In this document: positions 53,050-64,000 of the stretch, one piece after another
How the letters are laid out: each line of letters begins with the position of its first letter
How positions within the stretch are numbered: position 1 is the first letter of the stretch
From: Octopus vulgaris
Taxonomy: Eukaryota
DNA: 64,000 bases
NCBI GenBank assembly: GCA_951406725.2
Contig: OX597821.1
Coordinates: forward strand, 90,024,001-90,088,000
Reading direction: 5' to 3'
Made by a program: the position numbers and the translations under genes
Notes under the pieces: model-generated
Database searches by the model: none
What the model was told of the DNA's origin: nothing
What the model saw: the letters and a program-made list of their open reading frames with translations, nothing else

Positions 53050-54040
53050 GCTGTAATCGAATGGTGAAATATGCCACGAGGAAAATTACAACACATGCAC
53101 CACGACGACGAAAGAAGCCGGAATCAGCTATCACGGATCGCGGAACTATCGATAAAAATTCCAGTGGACTTTTGACCTGAACCAGGACCCATTCCAGTTC
53201 TACTGAAAGGCTAGCGTAGATTCATCGGTAGGCCACATGAAGAGACTTAATATTGGGATAAGAAATAACCAATATTCTCTAAATTTTTCAGAGCATCAAA
53301 TATACCACAAGCTACATTTGTTGGACCGAAATAAGCCACCCTACGAAACAAAAACCACTCAGCCAAATTGCATCGATGATAATAATCATATTACCAACAT
53401 AGTAAAGTTTTTCGCGAAAAGGCTGTGAACATCAAGAGGCACAACCGTTACAATAACAAACCACCACCACTACGCAGATATGTTGCAACCACTTACGATT
53501 TCACAATAACGGGTTTGGAATATAAAATGCTAAAATTACAGCTTGCATCGCAGTTCAAGCAGAACTTCACTGATTACATACATAAGACACTGCATGGGAG
53601 AACGATACCGACACGAGTTCAGAAAAATACCCAAGGAACTGATGTTATCTGAGATCGATGAAATTTCCAGAGAAGTAGTTCAAATTCAAGCTCCCATCTT
53701 TTGGACAATAAATGTCTTGCTATACTGTGCCCCAGTAAGTGTGCACCAGGAAATGGGAGTAAAAGAAACCGATCCAAAGGATAATTCTAACCTAAAGGAG
53801 ATTACGCCTCTCCAAAACAACATCAAAGGACTGAGGAAAAAGATAGAACGGTCGCTCACTATCATCAACTGTGAAGCTAAAATTGATTTCTCGATTCATC
53901 AGCTGCGACTGCATGATAGATAATCCAAATTGTATGAGATTTGCCGCCAAGAAACACTCACAAGAAAACTGATCACCCTCAAACATAATCTACAAAAACA
54001 CCTAAAGTAATAGACGGCAGGGGTTTTAAACCTGATGATT
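53050..54040 (+). pseudogene. Decayed retroelement ORF fragment, possibly N-terminal region of an R4/Dong-like non-LTR element
   Basis: Protein-like stretch EIDEISREVVQIQAPIFWTINVLLYCAPVSV...LQNNIKGLRKKIERSL with frameshifts; family assigned from recalled motif similarity only. Confidence 0.4.
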
Positions 54041-54607
54041 TTTACATCATTTCGCACATAGTCATGGACAGACAATTCAGCTCACTTCCAATTTGGTTCA
54101 GGTACGTAGTGTTTAAAAGACTCCTACCCCACCAAAAAACAGCGAAATATCGATATCCATCGCTTTTGAATGGAACTCGGGGTGAGATGTGTCGACTGTC
54201 TGTGGCCTCAGGTCTTCTAACATCAGGCGCTTTGAGAGCCATCCCCAACGCATCAACACGCAGTCAACCGGTGAACAAGCAAATCAGGTCCATCGTATAC
54301 GTGCGTTCGATAATATATATATATATATATATATACTTTCTTTTTATTTGTGGAGTAATAGGACTGCCACTGTGTTGATTTGGGGAGGGGTAGACGAACA
54401 GCAAGATCCAAGATATAGGCTTGAATGATTGTTCAGAGAGATCTCTCTGAACATGAAACGAATGATAGCCTTCCCCGCTCCTCCAATAGAGATCATTCAT
54501 CCCCCAAAGTGGTGCTGAGAACTCACACACACACATACACACAAATACAACACACACATAATTTATCATCGATTTTTTCAATACATCTAGGTATGTATGC
54601 ATATTTA

Positions 54608-54858
54608 GTGGAGGCGCGTGGCTTAGTGGTTTGGGTAGTAGACTCATGATCGTAAGATTGAGGTTTTCATTCACGGACCAGGTGATGCGTTGTGTTCTTG
54701 AGCGAAAAACGTTATTGCTCCAGTCCACTCAACTGGCAAAAGTGAGTAATCATGAGGTGTACCGAAGTCCCATCGAGTCGGGTAATATATACGCCATGAA
54801 GCCAGGAAACCAGACTTTATGAGCCGGTATGACGCCGGGAGGTCACTTTACCTTTACA
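54608..54858 (+). mobile_element. Older S2-related SINE (tail type 2-like)
   Basis: gtggaggcgcgtggcttagtggtttggg head; atacgcca.gaa.cc.ggaaac..g.c..atgag tail like the 17143 copy. Confidence 0.75.
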
Positions 54859-55347
54859 TTTATATATGTATATTTTTACAGTTGTGTATATATTAATATA
54901 TGTATGTCTGCACGCAAATGTGTATAGAAAGTTCAGAAAAAATAATTGAACCTAGTATGTGTATGAGTGTGCATATGGCTATCAGACTGATTGTTAATAT
55001 CCGGTCGATACTTAATGCTCACAAAATACCTTGTGTATAAGTTCAGGGATCAGCCATGGCTATAAACACTTCTATATCGCAACTTCTCTCTCTTAACTTA
55101 TTCTCTTAGAACTGTTTAATGTTGCACAACTGGCCGATTCCTTGCCTTCCCTCCGAGAAGAAGTCATACAGATATTTAGTATTTCTGGGTATTTATGCTG
55201 AATCTGGTCACTAGTTTCGAACGTAATCAAAACGTGAACCAGTATGTAGACTAGTCACCAACATAGTAACATAACTCGTTTAAGTTATTGAATAGTTCAT
55301 TCTGTACGAGAATGAATCATTCTTTCAAACAAACACATGCATGTATG

Positions 55348-55397
<50 letters not shown>

Positions 55398-55459
55398 TGA
55401 GAGAGAGAGAAAGAGATAGAAATGTATCTATGTTTATATATATGTATATATACATGTAT

Positions 55460-55499
<40 letters not shown>

Positions 55500-55799
55500 G
55501 CACATGAGCACATACGCATATTGTTAATACGTTATACACATTCGCTCCCCATCGAATTAACTAATGCCGTCTTAACTCGGTTTATACATTCAGGCAGTTC
55601 CAAAATGGTTAAGCTCCAACATAGGAACAATGATAGGTCTACTTCTTATACGAAATACAAACGCTGAAAGAACTTGAATTGTTCAACATTATATTCAGTA
55701 ACAGACTTTCCAGTTATTTGTTCAACCAAGTGTATTAAAATGCTATACTCCGATAACATTCATTTCTTCTTTCCATCTCTCTGCTCCTCTTTCTCTCTT

Positions 55800-56275
<476 letters not shown>

Positions 56276-56716
56276 CATGAAAACTCAGATTTATATGTGT
56301 GTGTAACAATTTACATACACTAACGGGACTATACCTTTTCACTCGCATCCACACACATGCACGCACACGCGTATACATGTGTTATGCAAAGGTATGTACA
56401 TGAATTTGTTAAACACAATTATACACATACATATCTATATATTTACAATACACATTGAAGCCTTCTGTGAGTGTGTGTGTGTGTATACTTGTGTGCGTGT
56501 GTGTACTTGTATGTGCGTGTGCGTATTTGTGTTTACAGAGCGTATATGTGTAATCACATCTGCATACACATGTCAAACACATTTGTTGCACATAGCTCTC
56601 TTTCTCTCTGTCTCTTTCTCAGTCTCTCGTCTATCTCTCATTGTATATAGATTTATGCTTATGTGCGTGCAGATGTATGCATATATATATATATATATAT
56701 ACATTAACAAATACAT

Positions 56717-56755
<39 letters not shown>

Positions 56756-56783
56756 CATGCATACTTACATATATATATGAATA

Positions 56784-56821
<38 letters not shown>

Positions 56822-58205
56822 TATTCATATATATATACATATATATATACATACATTTATATATACATATATATATATACATGCATTTACAGGAAATACA
56901 TACATGTGACAAACGCACATTTCTCTCTGCATTTGTTCGTATACAGCTAGTGCAGATGTATAGGTTTGAGATAATTGCTTTGCAATACGAAGAGAAGTAA
57001 TATTGAAGAGTTTTAATTTCTTGCTTTCAACATTGTCCATAAAATTCCAGCAGACAATTCTGACAAAATGCAGATTGGCCTAAAGTGGATTTATTAAAAT
57101 TGTGAAAGCAACCATTTTACCTCACATCGAGGCTTGCTTTCATTGATTGAAATTACCATCAGCAATGCAATGGTCTAATAATGCAACCTCATTGAAACTG
57201 TTCAAATAGTCTTGGGAATTGCTCATTTCGTTTTGGCTCAGCTGCCAAATTTAGTTATAAACCATTCCTTTGCATCTGTTGTGTGAGGGATTTGAAGATT
57301 TTGATGAAGTTATAAGTATATTATTGTGTTATATATTGTTGAGGTGTGAAGGCATAAAAGCTGCCTAGTTGGATACAATGACATTTTCTGAGTGAAGTTA
57401 TGTAACTCTCCATTGTTTGTTGCAAGATACTTCAAATATTCTAGGATGAGATTTTATCTCTGCCTTTTTTCTTATTGCTGTTAACAAAATAATAGCAACA
57501 CCAGGGAAAACTCATTGCATATATTATTACCCTTAATGTTTAGCCCTAAGTAGTCAACCCTGAATGAAAATATCTATATTCAAATACTTTCCAGTAATAC
57601 TTATTCTACTAGTTTTCCAGATATTGTCTATCAATGCCTACATTATCTGAGCGTACAATATTTTAGGCACGGTAGCATATGACTTAAGCGACAGCTGGTT
57701 GTTATTTCTATTAGGTGGGGTGATCACATAATGGCTTCTTTCATACCTATATAATGTGGCTAATGTTTAATAACAAAGCAGTTTTTATCCAGCAAACCTA
57801 TAGCCCCAAAACCTTCATACACGACCACCTCGTATAATCTATTTTTTAAAAATATATATAAGGCCACATTATCGATGAGCTTTTTTTTTATAAAATTAAT
57901 TGGGTGAGGTGTTAAGGAGTTAGGGCTTCTATATTCAGCAGATCTAGTGTTGTTACTAAGTCACAAGGTAATCCTGATCACTCAGCCACGTTCAAAGTCA
58001 TTCTCACTTTTATCATCCCATCTTATTTCCAAAACAACCTGCTTTTGTGAGTACACTGTTGAACGGGTTCTTTTTCAACAAGTTAATATATAAATCCTGT
58101 CATTCCTGATTAAGTAGACTTATGGTCAAATACATTCCATCTACGACAGTCCCAGAGGTGAATGTAACGATGGAGTGTCTCTCTTTCTTTCTCTCTCCCC
58201 CTCTA

Positions 58206-58260
<55 letters not shown>

Positions 58261-58564
58261 CAGAATATACATATAGATACAGAATATAGATTTTGACTGG
58301 ATGACGAGAAAGTGGCTGAAGAATTCCAAAACAATCGGCCTCAGTATTTAATCTGTAGGTCTCAGGGGTGTAAACAAATGGCAGGGGCGTAAACACACAC
58401 ACACGTGCACAATCTGCGTCTCTCAGACTCACGCACAAGACATTGGTCAACCCGGAGTTATAATAGAAGACACTCGGCCAAGGATAATTCCGCGTAGTGA
58501 ACTGAACCCAAAACCACGTTGTTGCAAAATGAATTTCTTAATGAAGCCGCCATGCCTGCACATA

Positions 58565-58830
58565 TAGTGACTAGATATAGATAGAGAGTGTAGATGTTGA
58601 CTGGATATAAATACGGTGCAGAAGATACACAGTGTATTCAAAGACTGGACAAATATGGCGTGTATATAGATAGACGCAGTCTCTATGTAGTGAAAGAATA
58701 TAGATGTTAAGTGAATAGATGCAGTGTATAGATGTTGATTGGAGATGTATTATGTATAGATAATGATTGAATACACGAAAATAAAGTGACTGGACTGAAC
58801 CAGAGCGCGTACATTTTGACTAGATATAGG
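58565..58830. repeat. Degenerate minisatellite (~30 bp; gtgtatagatgttgactggatata-like)
   Basis: Recurrent tagatgttga / gactgga motifs. Confidence 0.5.
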
Positions 58831-58944
58831 TCTATGAAGGCAATATTTAAATAAGATTTACACACTATCTAGGCTGTCACTACCTGTATACCGCTGACCT
58901 AATCAACATCTTTTGACTCTCAATCCACTTGAAATCGTTTTCAT

Positions 58945-59145
58945 GTTTTGGCACAAGGCCAGCAACTTCGGGGAGGGATAGATTGATAAGATCTTCCTCA
59001 GAGCTTAACTGGTACTTATTTTATCAACCTCTGAAAGGATAGAAGGCAAAGTCAACCTAGGCAGAATTTGAACTCAGAACGTAAAGACTGAAGAAAATGC
59101 CGCTAATTATTTTGCCTCTCATGTAAATGATTTTGCCAGATCACC
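58945..59145 (-). mobile_element. SINE family S3, diverged, alternative tail
   Basis: ggcacaaggccagcaacttcgggg...aaggcaaagtcaacct.ggcagaatttgaactcagaacgt. Confidence 0.8.
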
Positions 59146-59282
59146 ACATTTTTGCTCTCCACCTAATATCAATACAATTTGTTTATCTGGTGAACAGCTA
59201 CATATTGTAAACCAGTCATCATATATTCTGAAAAAGAAAAAAACTTTAACAGTGTTAAGAAAAAAGAAAAAAAACTTTAACA

Positions 59283-59678
59283 GGCTCAGGAGTGTCTGTG
59301 TGGTAAGTAGCTTGCTAACCAACCACATGGTTCCGGGTTCAGTCCCACTGCGTGGCATCTTGGGCAAGTGTCTTCTGCTATAGACCCGGGCCGACCAATG
59401 CCTTGTGAGTGGATTTGGTAGACGGAAACTGAAAGAAGCCTGTCATATATATGTATATATATGTGTGTATGTATTTGTGTGTCTGTGTTTGTCCCCCTAG
59501 CATTGCTTGACAACCAATGCTGGTGTGTTTACGTCCCCGTCACTTAGCGGTTCGGCAAAAAGACCGATAGAATAAGTACTGGGCTTACAAAGAATAAGTC
59601 CCGGGGTCGATTTGCTCGACTAAAAGGTGGTGCTCCAGCATGGCCGCAGTCAAATGACTGAAACAAGTAAAAGAGAGT
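59283..59678 (+). mobile_element. SINE family S1, full length
   Basis: Matches the 19687 copy. Confidence 0.95.
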
Positions 59679-61734
59679 GTATTTAAATCGACCTTCATCA
59701 AATTCAGTTTTTTATTCAATTTGCATTTAACGGATAGTATGATTGTTTGTGGACACAGTTGTGATTTTATAGTAGTAAGAATGTTGATGTCGGGGTTTAA
59801 CTTCATGTTACATATATTCTATATTATTGTCACTCGTTGAATACCTAATTACAAATGAAAATATATATTAATGCTAATGCACTCACCACAAACCAAATGA
59901 ATCCTTCAACTGCAAAGGTATTCCACTCTAATTACTACGGGCATATAATTAACCTTCTATAACTTGTACTTTCATATCTATTTTTTAACAGACTAATATT
60001 CACCAGCACAATACCTCATTATGTAGATACACCATCTAAATGTGGATACAAAAAAAAATGTTCTTTATTCTTTAAAAAATCGCCTTTAGGCTGCAAACAT
60101 TCTGAAGTAGTAACATACCATTTTAGTGCAGCCTACACCTATCATCAAAACATTTCTACGTTACTTAGATGTTGTTGTTGCTGTTACCAACACGACGGTA
60201 ACCTTTTATGATTTATTATTTATTCTTATTTTAAGGTATTATCCTCTGGGTAGGGCCTACGTAAAATAATTTTCAACGTAGTACAAGACTGCTTTGAGAC
60301 TTGAAGTAAGGTTTCACAAAGTTCAAAGGGACTGCGAGAATTTTATATGGCGAGTGGTAGAAGGGCTTGGCATATCAGATAGTCACGGAAAACAGCTTTT
60401 CTCTCCGAATCCATGAATGATGTCACTCCAGAGCCCACCTCTGATAGACACTACCTCTGGAAATATGCATAACTGACACTGATGGAGTACTATATTCACC
60501 AACATGTTCTCCATGGAAGCAGTTACCTTTTGCTGGATTCAGCTTTTAATAACTCGCACTCCCACATACACACACACAAACACAAACACACATACACACA
60601 CTCGCACGCACGCGCGCGCAGACACATGTATGTGTATATGCAAGTGTGTGTGCCCTAAGATCGTGATTCCTCTTCGTCTTTATATCTGTTCACTGGTTGT
60701 GAACAACAGCTTCACCATTCATGCAAACGTTGTTTTTGTTTAGGTCGTCCACGCAGACAACTCCGGATTAGATGGGCATTCGGCTGTGGAGAATATTGCC
60801 CCTCCGTAGCATCATCTGATCAATGCAAGCAAAGACAATTAGATGTTAATATAACGACGATGTCGATGACGAGGATGATGATAAACTTTATATACAAACA
60901 GGTACACACAAAACTCTAAGGAGCCAGTGAAAAAGCCTCCATCTGTACAGTTGTTTAACAGTCAAATTTTCCTAAAAGCACATCGACTTTCAGAATAAAA
61001 CGTGCATTAGATAAATTATGTCTGACAAAATACTAGATGGTTACATCTAGAACATCGTTGATTGTATACATTTTGGATTAAGACTAACTTGTAACGATAG
61101 AATTACACAACACCTCCAGAGTGAGTCAGCAAAAGACCCACTATATGTTTGCAGAACCTGCTAAATATGGCAGCCAGTCTCTCTCACAACACACTCTAAA
61201 ATGTCTTAAAATAGAAGGACATATTTGACAAGATTTATCTTGTCTCAAAAATGCAGGATTGTCAGATATGGAGCACATTTTGTCATACCTGGAGTTAAAG
61301 CACATCGGAAACAACATCTGTAGTAAATAGATCGTGGGCCAATAGGAAGTGGAAGTTATTTGTGACAATTCTTCTCTTAGAAGTAGCACCCAAATACCTC
61401 TCTCAAATTACTCAGCATTATATTTAAAAATAAGGACGTTGAATAATGTGATTTTGGGGTAGTGTGCTAAGGAAAATGACAAGAAGGTCATGTTTGCAAT
61501 TTATTTTGGCTAATTACAGATGTTCTCGGGCTAGGCATCATCAACAACAATGCATAAACACTGAAGTACAACTTTAAGATTTTTATGAAATTTTGATGGA
61601 ATGAAACGTCGTTAATTGCGTCCAAATTTAACAGAGATGACATTTCATTGCACCAACAGTGTTTTGTCTCTTAGCTTCCATTTTTTTCTTTAGTTTTCTG
61701 ACTTCGTACTTCTGGCTTTATTTTCACGGACTTG

Positions 61735-62175
61735 TCATTTCTCTTTACTTTCATTACAATAATATTGTCATACATATTGTCGTTTCTGTCATTACTAAAA
61801 TGATATCGTTTCTTCTCTCATTACAATAACGTTGCCATTCCCTTGGTTTTTACTGTCATTACTGCAATATTATCACTTCTATTTCTATCTTCGTTGCAGT
61901 AATGTTGTCAATACTTCTGTCACTCCAACAACGACGTCCTTTATTCTGTCTGTATTGTCATTACAGCAATGTTATCATTTCATCTTTCATTACTTTCATT
62001 ACAGCAATATTGTCAATCCTTCTTTCTCTATAGTCATTATTTGTGTTATTTTTCTCTTTATACTTACCATACGTTAATGTAAATTTTCCTCTGCTGTATT
62101 CTTCCTATAATGTCATTTCTATTATAATGTTGTTTTTATTGTATTCTTTAGTATCATTGCAGTAATGTTGCTTTT
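61735..62175. repeat. Degenerate spaced repeat (core TCATTACAGCAATRTTGTCA, period 29-38 bp)
   Basis: Core copies near 61751, 61789, 61818, 61856, 61891, 61920, 61958, 61996 and 62153. Confidence 0.6.
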
Positions 62176-63381
62176 GTTATTGTTCACGTCCTAGTTTCGC
62201 TGCACTGACATTTATTGTCTTTGAGAGAAAGAAAGAATGAAAGAGAAAAAGAAGGCAGATATTTTATTCGATTGTCAAAGATATTACATTACAAAATTAT
62301 AGTTTGCAATAATGGTTTCTCAATATAAAAATGGTAGATATTTTGGGAAAGAAAAAAGTTCAAAAAATATAAACAAAAATAGTTTAAAGCAAAAGGTTAA
62401 CAGTTTTACACAAACACTGAGGTGTTAAAATTATTTCACCATAAAAAAATAATGTTTTTAGCTTTAGCTGTCTTCCAGAACATTCCTGTTATAAACAGAA
62501 AGAAAAAAAAAATCGGAGGGAGAAAATAAGCCGTTTGATCATGTAAATAAACGTAGTGAGATGAGAAAGGTTAAATACACGATAAAGAATAAAGTTAGGA
62601 CTGTTCCTTTAATCTTGTGGCATCCACCTATCATTGCTTCGTATCCACTTATCTACTATTTTAGATACTGCAACTAAATTTTATAGATGGAGGCTCACTT
62701 CTGCTTCTGAGTAACAATGTATTGTCATAAAGTTTTACAATCAATATTATAACACCATAACTGTTTTAACATCCATTTAAAAGCCATACAAATGTGGGTT
62801 GGATAGAACTGCTACACGTTACATGATCACTTAGCCTGTTCTTGTAATATCTCATCTATGAGAATCCAACTTCTTTAGATTTTCTCTTATCATTTCACTG
62901 TTAGTCACCCTTTTCTCTTAGTATCGACAGTACACATTTTTTTAACTCGGCACTCATCAGGTTGTTGTTGTTATTGTTGATAATATGCTCTCTCAATAAT
63001 CTTCATTCAGTAGATATACATAAAGCCATTTCAGCCACAACAATCCTTTCGTTTCATTTATGGTGGCTTGGTTGTATTTATGACTACCTTATCGAATGTC
63101 CTCATCTTTGTTTTAAAGATGGCGTATAAGTGCATGCTTTGAGAAAGTTTTAAGCAGTATTTGTAGCATGACGTATGAGTAGGCACTCTAACTTACTGAA
63201 TTTACTATTTCTTCTGCAATATGATCTACAGACTGGATTGAATCAAATTCATGTCATATCCTGTAGAAAACTTAGAGAGGATGTTTCTTTGCAAAATAGA
63301 AGGAGATATGGTACTTCTCGGTATATTTCTATTTTATCCAGTTGCAAGAGAGATTCCAGTTTGTTTTCCTTCTTTAGTTAC

Positions 63382-63974
63382 TGTTGTGTGGACGCCCCCA
63401 AACAATGAAGTAGGCTAGCCCAATACGGAGATATAGAGGGAGAGGTCTAGACGTCAGAGTACAGTTGGGTAACGTGATGTACATGGTAAAAGAACCAAAA
63501 TATGTACACAGAATCCATTTAAACCAATTAAAAAAAGATATAACAAAAATCACGAGAGGCAAGAAGAACTAATGGATTTATGGTATGATTTGTTCCAAGT
63601 CCCAGAACCACAATCAAAAATGTTCGAGGTTCCAGGACCACAAGCAAAAGCAGAACCGACACGGAGGTCGAACAGGAAGAGAAAACCTACAGAAATGATG
63701 GAAATTAACGCTAAAAGAAAAAGACATGCCAGTTTCTCACCGAGGAAATAAAATTGATAAATTTGGGCTAAAAAATTCAAAAGGGTGGGGTGGATTCCCC
63801 CAGACGATGAACTAGGCTAGATGGAGAAGTCTAGTCGTCAGAGAACAGTTGAGTAGCGGTGAGAGTCGAGGTTGAGTAGAGGTCATCCGAACATGCGACG
63901 TAACAGTTACTTAACAACGTTTCATAACTGGAATGCTAATTGTTGTGATGCTTCATTGCTGCATTATTTGGAAA
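63382..63974 (+). mobile_element. Internally deleted Gypsy-like LTR retrotransposon (5' LTR stub, integrase tail, PPT, 3' LTR)
   Basis: TGTTGTG start; 63382-63467 is repeated in diverged form from ~63784; purine tract AAAAGGG just before the second copy. Confidence 0.75.
63465..63751 (+). pseudogene. Gypsy integrase C-terminal remnant
   Basis: LGNVMYMVKEPKYVHRIHLNQLKK / (frameshift) YNKNHERQEELMDLWYDLF...PTRRSNRKRKP...*; G...Y.V, H.NQL and RRS.R.RK are typical of Gypsy integrase ends. Confidence 0.72.
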
Positions 63975-64000
63975 TGGAAGCACTCCGTCGGTTACGACGA
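63975..64000 (-). mobile_element. 3' end of an S2 SINE, cut by the window edge
   Basis: ggaagcactccgtcggttacgacga is identical to 9966-9990. Confidence 0.9.

Noticed and set aside
61735-62175. CRISPR-like repeat/spacer look
   Set aside because: Repeats too degenerate, spacers too short and low-complexity, eukaryotic context, no cas genes.
63550-63780. 76-aa hydrophobic minus-strand ORF
   Set aside because: Antisense shadow of the Gypsy integrase tail on the plus strand.

Overview
Repeat-saturated eukaryotic non-coding DNA (large intron or intergenic region). It is AT-rich with very abundant (TA)n/(CA)n/(TCTA)n microsatellites; the SINE and microsatellite make-up suggests an octopus/cephalopod genome (inference). 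No intact host gene could be supported, and nearly all supplied ORFs are microsatellite or SINE artefacts. Contents: three tRNA-derived SINE families with swapped 3' tails, four decayed mariner transposons, hAT and mariner MITEs, two non-autonomous Helitrons, an internally deleted Gypsy-like LTR element and decayed LINE fragments. The most notable signal is a set of short elements lodged in (TA)n tracts that carry minimal type I hammerhead ribozyme (HHR) folds: 9 clear motifs in 4 unrelated families, plus 3 degenerate candidate types. These include a G3-C8 swapped core inside a 136-bp near-perfect palindrome and a U6 core variant physically linked to a GIY-YIG endonuclease C-terminus, i.e. Penelope-like retroelement pseudo-LTRs. 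All calls were made by eye; no alignment, folding or database search was run.
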